DNA from: Candidatus Sumerlaeia bacterium
Lineage (GTDB): Bacteria; Sumerlaeota; Sumerlaeia; SLMS01
NCBI GenBank assembly: GCA_038208905.1
Contig: JBBQYG010000111.1
Coordinates: 1 to 13,358, forward strand
Reading direction: 5' to 3'
Length of the DNA: 13,358 nucleotides
In this document: piece by piece, positions 5,966 to 13,291 of the stretch
Layout of the letters: the number at the start of each line of letters is the position of its first letter
Numbering within the stretch: position 1 is the stretch's first letter
Program-made: the position numbers and the translations under genes
Notes under the pieces: generated by a model
What the model was told of the DNA's origin: nothing
What the model saw: the letters and a program-made list of their open reading frames with translations, nothing else
Database searches by the model: none

Positions 5966-7309
5966 TCAGAAGTAGTTGCGCATGAACGGCCCGTACTCGC
6001 GATAGACCAAGAAGACCGCCTGCACCGCCGCAAAGGCCACGGGCCCGATCCACCAGCGGCCCCGCGCGGCGTCGTCCGCACCGCGGAACGTGGACACCGC
6101 GAGCCAGCCCAACAGGATGATCGCATAGGGCTCGAAATAGCGCTGGAACATCATCTTGTTGGCCGTGTGCGCCACCAGCAGCGCGATCCATGCGGTCGCG
6201 AGGATCGCCGCCTGCCGTCCGTTCCCCGCCGCGCACGCGGCCCCCAGCATCGGCGCCAGCGCCACGCACGCCAGCAACGCCAGCCCGGGGAACACGGGGG
6301 ACCAAGGACCAAGGCTCGGCATCTTGTCCGTCACGTTCCACAGCGGACCGCCGAAGCGCCCGGCCTTCACCTCGAAGTTCGTGTGGGAGAGCAGCGCCGC
6401 GGCGAGGATCGCGCCGAGCGCCAGCCACAGCGCCGGGCTGTTCCATCGCGACAGATGGCGATGCCGCCACGCCAGCGGCAGCATCCACACCGCCACCCAC
6501 CCGGCCACGCCCATGCCGATGGGAATGGCGGAGAGGCTCCACACCGAGTGCTTCGCCTGAAACTGCGGCGGCGTCGCCCCGCCCCAAGCGAGCATGAGCC
6601 CGCCCACCACCATAAACGGCAGCGCGACGGCCACAAGGTAGCACATCAAGGGTGGCGTGGGCGTCTCGCCCGCGCGCTGTTGGCCTCCCCCGTGCCTATC
6701 AGCCCCCTGCCACCGCTCCCACGCCATCGCCACCACCATCGGCGCCACAATCCACAGCCCGATCTGGCGTATAGACACCGACGCCGCGGCCAACACACCG
6801 CACAGCAGCACCGCGCGCCATGACCTGAGCGGACCCAGCCACAGCATCCCCAGCGCCGGCATCGCGAAGAGCAACGCCGCGTAGTCCGTCAGCAGCCAGA
6901 TGCCGCACCGGATCGTGGAATACAGGAACAGCAGCGGCGCCGCCAGCGCCAGCGCCCGGCGCGCGTCGGTGCGCCGGGCGGTGAATCCATAGAACGCCAG
7001 CACCACGCCGAGGGCGAAGAACCCGCCAACGATGCGCAGGAACCGGGGCTCGTCCCACGCGCGCGCCACCACCGCCATGATCAGGTGATAGCCCGGCCCC
7101 GTCGCGGAGGGATAGTCGGTCACGTCGGGAAACGGGAGCTGCGCCGCGAACTGCCGAATCGTGGGCAGGTGATACGCCCGCTCGTCGGTCGCGACGCCGT
7201 TGGCGCTCTGCAGGTTGAAGACCTGTATCGGCCACGTCAGCGCGACAAACACCGCCGCGAGAATGGCATATCCAAACCGGCGAGCCCTGACCTCCGATTC
7301 CGCGTTCAT
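5966..7309 (-). CDS. Polytopic GT-C-fold glycosyltransferase resembling the ALG10/DIE2 family
   Basis: 447 aa, many TM segments; DERAYHLP after TM1, SATGPGYH, LLTDYAALLF, SIRQIGLW, FQRYFEPY. Confidence 0.7.
   Translation of the reverse strand: MNAESEVRARRFGYAILAAVFVALTWPIQVFNLQSANGVATDERAYHLPTIRQFAAQLPFPDVTDYPSATGPGYHLIMAVVARAWDEPRFLRIVGGFFALGVVLAFYGFTARRTDARRALALAAPLLFLYSTIRCGIWLLTDYAALLFAMPALGMLWLGPLRSWRAVLLCGVLAAASVSIRQIGLWIVAPMVVAMAWERWQGADRHGGGQQRAGETPTPPLMCYLVAVALPFMVVGGLMLAWGGATPPQFQAKHSVWSLSAIPIGMGVAGWVAVWMLPLAWRHRHLSRWNSPALWLALGAILAAALLSHTNFEVKAGRFGGPLWNVTDKMPSLGPWSPVFPGLALLACVALAPMLGAACAAGNGRQAAILATAWIALLVAHTANKMMFQRYFEPYAIILLGWLAVSTFRGADDAARGRWWIGPVAFAAVQAVFLVYREYGPFMRNYF
6651..6675. 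repeat. REP-like palindrome inside the CDS
   Basis: GGTGGCGTGGGCGTCTCGCCCGCGC aligns with the 5858 and 13292 REPs; read on the minus strand it gives RAGETPTPP. Confidence 0.65.
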
Positions 7310-7411
7310 GGCGAGTATCAGGAGAAACCGGCGGCGACGGCGTCAACCGGGCTCGGGTCGCGGCGAGAGTGTTTTCAGATTCTCCGTAGCCAATCCGAAA
7401 AAAAAGACGTT

Positions 7412-7490
7412 CACCACAGAGATCACAGAGAGCACAGAGCAAAAGAAGAACCGGAGGTATTGTCAGGAGAATCTGTGAAATCTGTGGATG
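7412..7490. repeat. Inverted 9-bp-period array (CACAGA units)
   Basis: CACAGAG at 7415, 7424 and 7433; AATCTGTG at 7470 and 7479. Confidence 0.75.
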
Positions 7491-7531
7491 GTTGGTTTGG
7501 CTCGGCCCATACGAATCGAAAGAGGCCGTAA

Positions 7532-7759
7532 CTAATCGATAACCCACCCCGACTGCTGCCCCCCGGGAACCACCACCTGAAGGCTATTCGATTCCGCGTT
7601 GAGGTTGCCGCCGATGTCGCGCGCCATCCCGGCAGGGATGCTGACCGTGAGGAGGCCCTCGGTCACCTGAGGCATGACCGTGATGGAGAAGGCGCCGTTG
7701 CCGAGATGCTCCACGGCGGTCGCCTCTCCGTTCTCGACCTGTACCTCATGTGGAGGCAT
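7532..7759 (-). pseudogene. C-terminal fragment of a bacterial Ig-like-domain surface protein (remnant or short protein)
   Basis: VQVENGEATAV...FSITVMPQVTEGLLTVSIPAGMARDIGGNLNAESN resembles bacterial Ig-like repeats (VxVxNG...TVxP...GxxTVSxxAG.A.D.xGNxNxxS); no signal peptide; in-frame TAA at 7792-7790 blocks upstream extension. Confidence 0.6.
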
Positions 7760-7771
7760 TGTCCGGGCCTC

Positions 7772-7791
7772 GCTCCCCGTTGGGGAGCTTT
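7772..7791. terminator. Short GC hairpin downstream of the NUDIX gene
   Basis: GCTCCCC-GTT-GGGGAGC perfect 7-bp stem; the T-tail (TTT) is on the + strand only, so direction is uncertain. Confidence 0.4.
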
Positions 7792-7806
7792 AGCAGTTCC
7801 CGCCGC

Positions 7807-8262
7807 TCAGGCCGTCGTCCTCAGCGGCGCGACCTGGCCGCAGTATTCCAGGAACTCCGGCAGGGCGGCGATGAGGGCCTTGAGTTCGGGGATCGAGGCG
7901 CGGTCGATGGCGGCGCGGTGGGGGAGCCAGCGGCGGCGGCGGTGGCTCATCTCTGGCCACAGGTCGTGGGTTTCCACCACGATGAGGGGGAACACGTCCA
8001 CTCGGCGCACCAGGCCGCTCTTGGTGTATGTCCAGGTGCCGATGGCGCGGGATTCGACGTGGCCGGTGACGCCGCCCTCCTCCCACGCTTCCTTGGCGGC
8101 GGAAAGATGCGGCTCCATGAAGGACTCGCGGTGGCCCTTGGGCACGATCCACTTGGTCTGGCCGGTATTCGTTACGAGGAGAATCTCAAGCCCCACGGCG
8201 CCCATCCGGTAAGGGAGGGCGGCCGACTGCACCATCATGAGACGGGGGGACTTGGTGGTCAA
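7807..8262 (-). CDS. NUDIX hydrolase (DIPP/Nudt3-like subfamily)
   Basis: EILLVTN...WIVPKGHRESFMEPHLSAAKEAWEEGG Nudix box; WPE...RRRRW tail; TTG start with AAGGGG RBS, 6 nt after the kdsB stop. Confidence 0.9.
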   Translation of the reverse strand: MTTKSPRLMMVQSAALPYRMGAVGLEILLVTNTGQTKWIVPKGHRESFMEPHLSAAKEAWEEGGVTGHVESRAIGTWTYTKSGLVRRVDVFPLIVVETHDLWPEMSHRRRRWLPHRAAIDRASIPELKALIAALPEFLEYCGQVAPLRTTA

Positions 8263-8268
8263 CGGGTG

Positions 8269-9015
8269 CTACCCCTTGGCTAGTAGGCTCTCGACGCGGG
8301 CAACGTCCTCTGGAACATCGACCCCGACGCTATCCCTCGGGCTGGTGACGCACTGGATTCTCATTCCGTTTTCCAGCATTCGGAGCTGCTCCAGCTTCTC
8401 AATTGTTTCAAGGGAAGATGGGGGTAACTGACAAGCCTTTTCTAGGGCTGCGCGCCGGTAGATATATAGCCCCAGGTGCTTGTAGCCGAAAACATACCCG
8501 GGGCGCAGCATCTCCTCGGCGTCGCGGCGAGAGAGCGACGGAATCGGCGAGCGGCTGAAATACAGCGCCCGATCATCGAGGTCGCGGACGACTTTCACCT
8601 GGCTGGGGGCCTCGAAGTCCTCCCTCCGCGTAATCGGCACACAGGCCGTGGCGATGTCGGCGCCCGTTCGGATGAGGGAATCGAAGGCAAGTTGCACGGC
8701 CTCGGGCGGCATCAGGGGCTCGTCGCCCTGCACATTGATGATCACGTCGCCGGCGCGGCCATCCATGGCGGCGTGGATGCGGTCGGTGCCGGAGGGGAGC
8801 TCGGGGTCGGTCATCACGGCCTCCACCCCGGCAGCGCGGGCGGCGGCGGCGATGCCGTCGTGGTCGGTGGCGACCAGGACTTCGTCCACAAAGTCGAGCC
8901 GTTGGGCCGCCTCGATGGTCCACTGGATCATGGGGCGCCCCCGCAGCGGGAAGAGCGGCTTGCCGGGGAGGCGTTGGCTGGCAAAGCGGGAGGGAATCAC
9001 GCAGATCGTTTTCAT
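8269..9015 (-). CDS. kdsB: 3-deoxy-manno-octulosonate cytidylyltransferase (CMP-Kdo synthetase)
   Basis: VIPSRFASQRLPGKPL, VATD, SGTDR, INVQGDEP, VKVV, ALYFSRSPIP, HLGLYIYR, LETIEKLEQLRMLENG, GVDVPED; ATG at 9015. Confidence 0.96.
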   Translation of the reverse strand: MKTICVIPSRFASQRLPGKPLFPLRGRPMIQWTIEAAQRLDFVDEVLVATDHDGIAAAARAAGVEAVMTDPELPSGTDRIHAAMDGRAGDVIINVQGDEPLMPPEAVQLAFDSLIRTGADIATACVPITRREDFEAPSQVKVVRDLDDRALYFSRSPIPSLSRRDAEEMLRPGYVFGYKHLGLYIYRRAALEKACQLPPSSLETIEKLEQLRMLENGMRIQCVTSPRDSVGVDVPEDVARVESLLAKG

Positions 9016-9148
9016 CGTGGCCCCGACATGACCGGTATCGGGGCACCCCGCCAAGGACAAAGCGCTGCTGTTCTGGTTGAGTACGCGGGCATTCGTGGGC
9101 TAATTTGCCAAGCGTTGTCGAGTAACTTCGCATGTGGAGGGATTCCCT

Positions 9149-10477
9149 GTGCACAAATTCCTTTTCTTGATCGCGTGGGCGCTGTTGGCCGCATCGCTCT
9201 CCGCCCAGCCCAGCCTGACGGTGCTCCCCAACGAGCAAATGCGGCTGAACGTGGGCGCCTCCACCGTGGTTGCCGACGGCGCGGAGTGGGACATGACACT
9301 GGTGATGGCCAACGACAACAACGTGGCCAACGGCGTGCTGCCGGCCAACTTCCGCCGCTGGTGGGGGTTGGAGATCGGCAACCTGAACACGACGACCGGC
9401 GAGACGCTGAACATCCTGGTGACGAACACCGAGTACAGCGACCGCATCACTCCGGTGTGGAGTCTGGACGGCGGAGCGACCTCCAGCCGCATCCCCGGCC
9501 CCGCCCCCACCGGCCCCGGCAACAACCAGAACTTTCAGATCGTGACGCCGCCGGGGATCGCCTCCATCCGGCTGTGGAAGTACTTCCCGTTCACCCCCGC
9601 CATGCTGGATGCGTGGATGGCGGGCTTTGCGGCGGACCCCCGCGTGGTCAAGACCGACATCGGGAACTCCCCCCAGGGCCGCGATATCTGGATGCTGGAG
9701 ATCACCGATCCCGGCACCGCCAGCGCCGGGAAGAAGCGCGTCTGGATCCACGCGGCGGTCCACGCCTCGGAGAATACCGCCTACTTCATGGCGCAGGGCC
9801 TAGTTGGGTTCCTCCTCGGCGGCACCCCCGAGGCCAACGCCGTGCTCCAGAATGTGATCATCGATATCGTTCCCATGGCCAACCCCGATGGCTCCGCGAT
9901 CGGCAACTACCGGGTGAACGCCAACAGCGTGAATCTGGAGAACGAATGGGGCGCGCCCTACGACTCCGACCAGCCCGAGATCATCGCCATGCAGACCCAG
10001 ATCGAGGGCTTCATGGGGACGGCAAGCTCCCCGGGCGCGAATCCGATCACGCTGTTGCTGAACCTCCACGCCACGCACAGCATCACCTATCCATTCCACT
10101 TCGTCCATCGGCCAAACTGGCCCGCCAACGGCGTGACGCAATCCGTCCGCAACTTGGAGGATCAGTGGGTCGACGCGATCCGCGCGCGCAGCCCCCTCAT
10201 CGATCTGGGCGGAGACCAGTTCAGCACGCTCTCTGGCCGTCCCTTCGTCGAGTCCATGATGCACGACCGCTATTCGATCCAGCCGGAGTGGGAGGACGTG
10301 ATGGCGATCACGCTGGAGGGCACCTATCAGGCGGGCCCACTCCCCGGCGTCACCAACACGCCCGACGACTATCGCGATTCGGGCGAGGCCATCGGCCTCG
10401 CGATCATGGACTACTATGGAATCGTGCCAGCGCCGCCCGCCCCCGTGGACTATTGGATGATCCTGGGGGGAACGTGA
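9149..10477 (+). CDS. Secreted M14-family zinc metallopeptidase (Nna1/CCP-like architecture)
   Basis: GGAGG at 9136-9140 then GTG at 9149; signal peptide MHKFLFLIAWALLAASLSA-Q; IGNSPQGRDI, HASE (9761-9772), VPMANPDG, LNLH (His 10067-10069), AITLE (Glu 10316-10318). Confidence 0.88.
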   Translation: MHKFLFLIAWALLAASLSAQPSLTVLPNEQMRLNVGASTVVADGAEWDMTLVMANDNNVANGVLPANFRRWWGLEIGNLNTTTGETLNILVTNTEYSDRITPVWSLDGGATSSRIPGPAPTGPGNNQNFQIVTPPGIASIRLWKYFPFTPAMLDAWMAGFAADPRVVKTDIGNSPQGRDIWMLEITDPGTASAGKKRVWIHAAVHASENTAYFMAQGLVGFLLGGTPEANAVLQNVIIDIVPMANPDGSAIGNYRVNANSVNLENEWGAPYDSDQPEIIAMQTQIEGFMGTASSPGANPITLLLNLHATHSITYPFHFVHRPNWPANGVTQSVRNLEDQWVDAIRARSPLIDLGGDQFSTLSGRPFVESMMHDRYSIQPEWEDVMAITLEGTYQAGPLPGVTNTPDDYRDSGEAIGLAIMDYYGIVPAPPAPVDYWMILGGT

Positions 10478-10533
10478 TCCCGCCGGCTCCTTGTCCTTGA
10501 GTTTCCCGGAACGGGAGCCGTCTGCTGTTCCCC

Positions 10534-12351
10534 ATGGCAAGCAAATCGACAAAGCGGCTGGCGGCTGAGTTCGCGCTGGCCGCGTTTGTCTATACGCTGC
10601 TGGCCTTCATCGCCTTCCTGCCCGGTGGGCTGGGGCTGTTCCACAACTGGATCGCGTGGTTCGAGGATCCGACGAATTGCTATCGCATCTGGTGGATTGG
10701 CGAGGTGATGGCCGGGCGCGGAGAGTCGATCTGGGAACTGCCGCTGCTCTTCTATCCCGTTGGCGTGAGGACGATGACGATGTCCAACGGCATCGGGAAG
10801 GAGCTGCTGGCGGCGGCGCTGGGCGGCGCGCGGGCGCCGTGGCTTGCGGGGAACCTGATCGCGTTCACCACGCCGATCACGTCGGCGCTGGCGGGATTCG
10901 CCGTGCTGCGCGTCGCGCTGAGGGGCGCCTTCCTCCCCGCGCTGGTGGGCGGATGGATGGCGGCCTATGCGGGATACTTCTGGGCCCATGTGGTGTCGCC
11001 GTGGATGGCCTCGACCGAGGGCTACCTGCTCTTCATCGGCTGCCTGCTGTACCTTAGGCGGAGGGCCGACTGGCGCGTGTCGATCCTGGCGGGCGTCGCC
11101 GTGGCGCTGGCGGTGTGGCTCCAGATCCAGTTCCTGGCCCACATCGTGGTGCTGTCGGCAATCTACGTTGCCGACCGGCTGATCGCGCGCGACGCGCGCG
11201 GGGCGGCGTTGATCGTTCCGGCGGCGATGGTGGGCGCGCTGCTCTCGGCTCCGCTCCTGATCGAGACGTGGCGCACCTTCGGCGGCGACGCCGAACTGAT
11301 GTCCGGCGGCGAATCGGATCTGGCAATGGCCGTCTATCGGACAAGGCTCTCGTCGATGTTTCTCCCGCCGGAAGGTTCCCTCCCCATCGGCCTCTTCAGC
11401 CGCGCCGCCGCCACAGTGCTGGAGCCTCTCTCCATCAAGCTAGACCTGCATTCCAACAACTACCTTGGGTGGACGGTTCTGGCGCTGGCCTTCGTTGGAT
11501 GGCGCACGAAGCATCGCGGCACCGGCTTCCTGGCGGTGGTGGCGGTGACGTTTGCCCTGCTGAGCTGCGGGCCGGTGATCTCGCTCTTTTCCGAGCCGCT
11601 TCCCACGACGTCCGAGGAGGCCCGCGCGATGCCGCTCTTCGGATGGTCGTGGATTCCCGGGCCGTTCCAGCTCATTCGCGACCTGCCGATCCTGGGCACG
11701 ATGCGCGTGCCGGGCCGCTTTATGACCTCGGCCCAGGTGGCGCTCGGTTTGCTCGCGGGATTCGGCGCGTTGCGCGTGCTGAGGTGGGGATACTTCCGCC
11801 GCTGGAAGGCCGCGGGCGCCGCGCTGCTGCTGCTCGCGCACTTCGACATCAACAACTGGCCCGTGAAGCTGGCGCCGCGCCAGTATTCCTCCTACTGGGA
11901 GACCATCGCCGCGGAGCCCGGCGACTTCGCGATCCTCGACCTTCCCTACACGCGCGGAATGCACCAGTACATGCACTATGGCGCCTATCACCACAAGGGG
12001 GTGATCTGGGGCTTCGCCAGCAGGATGCCATCGAGCGACTTCGAACCCGTGGAGGATGACTTCCGCTTTCCCGGCATCCTGCCTCCCTTCGAGCCGGAAC
12101 TCTGGAATCCCGATGTTCCGAGATTCGCGCGGTCGCTGCTGAAGTATCGTGTCCGCTATGTGTGCTTCCACGAGCTGCACCTGAATTACGGCGGCATGGA
12201 AGCCCTCAAGCCGCTTCGCGCCGCGCTGATCGCCTTCTGGGAAAATCCCGAGACCTGGGCGGGACAGGATATCATCGAGCCACCCAAACTGGTTCACGCC
12301 GACGATGTGATCAGGGTCTATCTGATCGAGCCCGCAAAGGAGGCCCCATGA
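10534..12351 (+). CDS. Large polytopic membrane protein, GT-C-like (YfhO-like putative glycosyltransferase)
   Basis: 605 aa, about 11-13 TM segments, acidic ED after TM1, LFYPVG, YLGWTVLALA, MRVPGRF, soluble C-terminal domain (ILDLP...HHKGVIWGFASR...YRVRYVCFH). Confidence 0.65.
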   Translation: MASKSTKRLAAEFALAAFVYTLLAFIAFLPGGLGLFHNWIAWFEDPTNCYRIWWIGEVMAGRGESIWELPLLFYPVGVRTMTMSNGIGKELLAAALGGARAPWLAGNLIAFTTPITSALAGFAVLRVALRGAFLPALVGGWMAAYAGYFWAHVVSPWMASTEGYLLFIGCLLYLRRRADWRVSILAGVAVALAVWLQIQFLAHIVVLSAIYVADRLIARDARGAALIVPAAMVGALLSAPLLIETWRTFGGDAELMSGGESDLAMAVYRTRLSSMFLPPEGSLPIGLFSRAAATVLEPLSIKLDLHSNNYLGWTVLALAFVGWRTKHRGTGFLAVVAVTFALLSCGPVISLFSEPLPTTSEEARAMPLFGWSWIPGPFQLIRDLPILGTMRVPGRFMTSAQVALGLLAGFGALRVLRWGYFRRWKAAGAALLLLAHFDINNWPVKLAPRQYSSYWETIAAEPGDFAILDLPYTRGMHQYMHYGAYHHKGVIWGFASRMPSSDFEPVEDDFRFPGILPPFEPELWNPDVPRFARSLLKYRVRYVCFHELHLNYGGMEALKPLRAALIAFWENPETWAGQDIIEPPKLVHADDVIRVYLIEPAKEAP

Positions 12352-13259
12352 ACCCCGCCTTTCTGTGGAGTCCAAGGTATGACATCGACATCGGCCGCCA
12401 CGTTTTCCCGACGCGGAAGTTTCGGCTTCTGAAGGACTTGCTGATCGCGCGCGGCACGATCCGCGAAGAGGACGTGACACACTGCCCCGCCGCCACGGAC
12501 GAAGAGTTGCTGACGGTACTGATTCCGCAATACCTTGCCGACCTGAAGGGCCACGTCCACACGCCGCGCACGGTGCGCAGCGAGCTCCCCATCACGCGGG
12601 AGATTATCGAGGGGATGATCCACACCGTGGGCGGAACGATCGCCTGCGTGCGCCATGCGATGAAGGAGGGGGTTGCCTGCCACATCGGCGGCGGGTACCA
12701 CCACGGATTCGCCGATCACGCGGAGGGTTTCTGCTACATCAACGACGTGGCCATCGCTGCGCGCGTGGCGCTGAAGGACGGAATCGCCAGGCGCATCGCC
12801 ATCGTGGACACCGACGTTCACCAGGGGAACGGCACGGCGTCGATTTTCGGCGGAGAACATCGCGTCTATACGTTCTCCATCCATCAGGAGAACATCTATC
12901 CGATGAACAAGGAGACCAGCGACATGGACATCGGCCTGGGCGAGATGCCGGGGCAGGACCGCTATCTCTCGGAGCTCGACCGCGGCCTGAAATCCGCGGT
13001 CGCCGGCTTCGCGCCGGACCTCGTCATCCATGTCGCAGGGGTTGATCCCTACAAGGAGGATCAGCTCGGCGGCCTGGGCCTCGAGTTCGACACCATGCGC
13101 CGCCGCGACGTGGCCGTTGCGCAAGCCGCAAGGGCAGCCGGGGCACCGATCGTTACCGTGGTGGCCGGCGGATACTCCCGCAACACCGACGACACGGTGG
13201 CGCTGCACGCGCAGACCATCGAGGCCACGCTAAAGACCCTTGGGCATCTTTCTGAATGA
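12348..13259 (+). CDS. Histone deacetylase family protein, class IV (HDAC11-like)
   Basis: HVFPTRKF, GGGYHH, GFCYINDVA, DTDVHQGNG, FSIHQ, AGVDP, GGY; AAGGAGG RBS at 12337-12343 and ATGA overlap with the upstream stop. Confidence 0.93.
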   Translation: MNPAFLWSPRYDIDIGRHVFPTRKFRLLKDLLIARGTIREEDVTHCPAATDEELLTVLIPQYLADLKGHVHTPRTVRSELPITREIIEGMIHTVGGTIACVRHAMKEGVACHIGGGYHHGFADHAEGFCYINDVAIAARVALKDGIARRIAIVDTDVHQGNGTASIFGGEHRVYTFSIHQENIYPMNKETSDMDIGLGEMPGQDRYLSELDRGLKSAVAGFAPDLVIHVAGVDPYKEDQLGGLGLEFDTMRRRDVAVAQAARAAGAPIVTVVAGGYSRNTDDTVALHAQTIEATLKTLGHLSE

Positions 13260-13291
13260 CGCGGCCACTCGCGAGCGAGACCGCGGAGCAA

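Noticed and set aside
4190..6823. Long ORFs 4190-5671 (+), 4275-5720 (-), 5708-6823 (+)
   Set aside because: Arg/Gly/His-rich high-GC shadow frames overlapping recognisable genes.
7200..7547. Short ORFs containing TTEITESTE / LCALCDLCG / PQISQI peptides
   Set aside because: These peptides are just translations of the 9-bp CACAGA repeat element, not evidence of a gene.
8476..10500. 674-aa ORF on +
   Set aside because: Antisense to kdsB and off-frame to the M14 gene; no recognisable motifs.
10484..10520. CGGCTCC...GGAGCCG inverted repeat after the M14 gene as a terminator
   Set aside because: 7-bp stem with a 23-nt loop and no U-tract; downstream gene starts 14 bp later.
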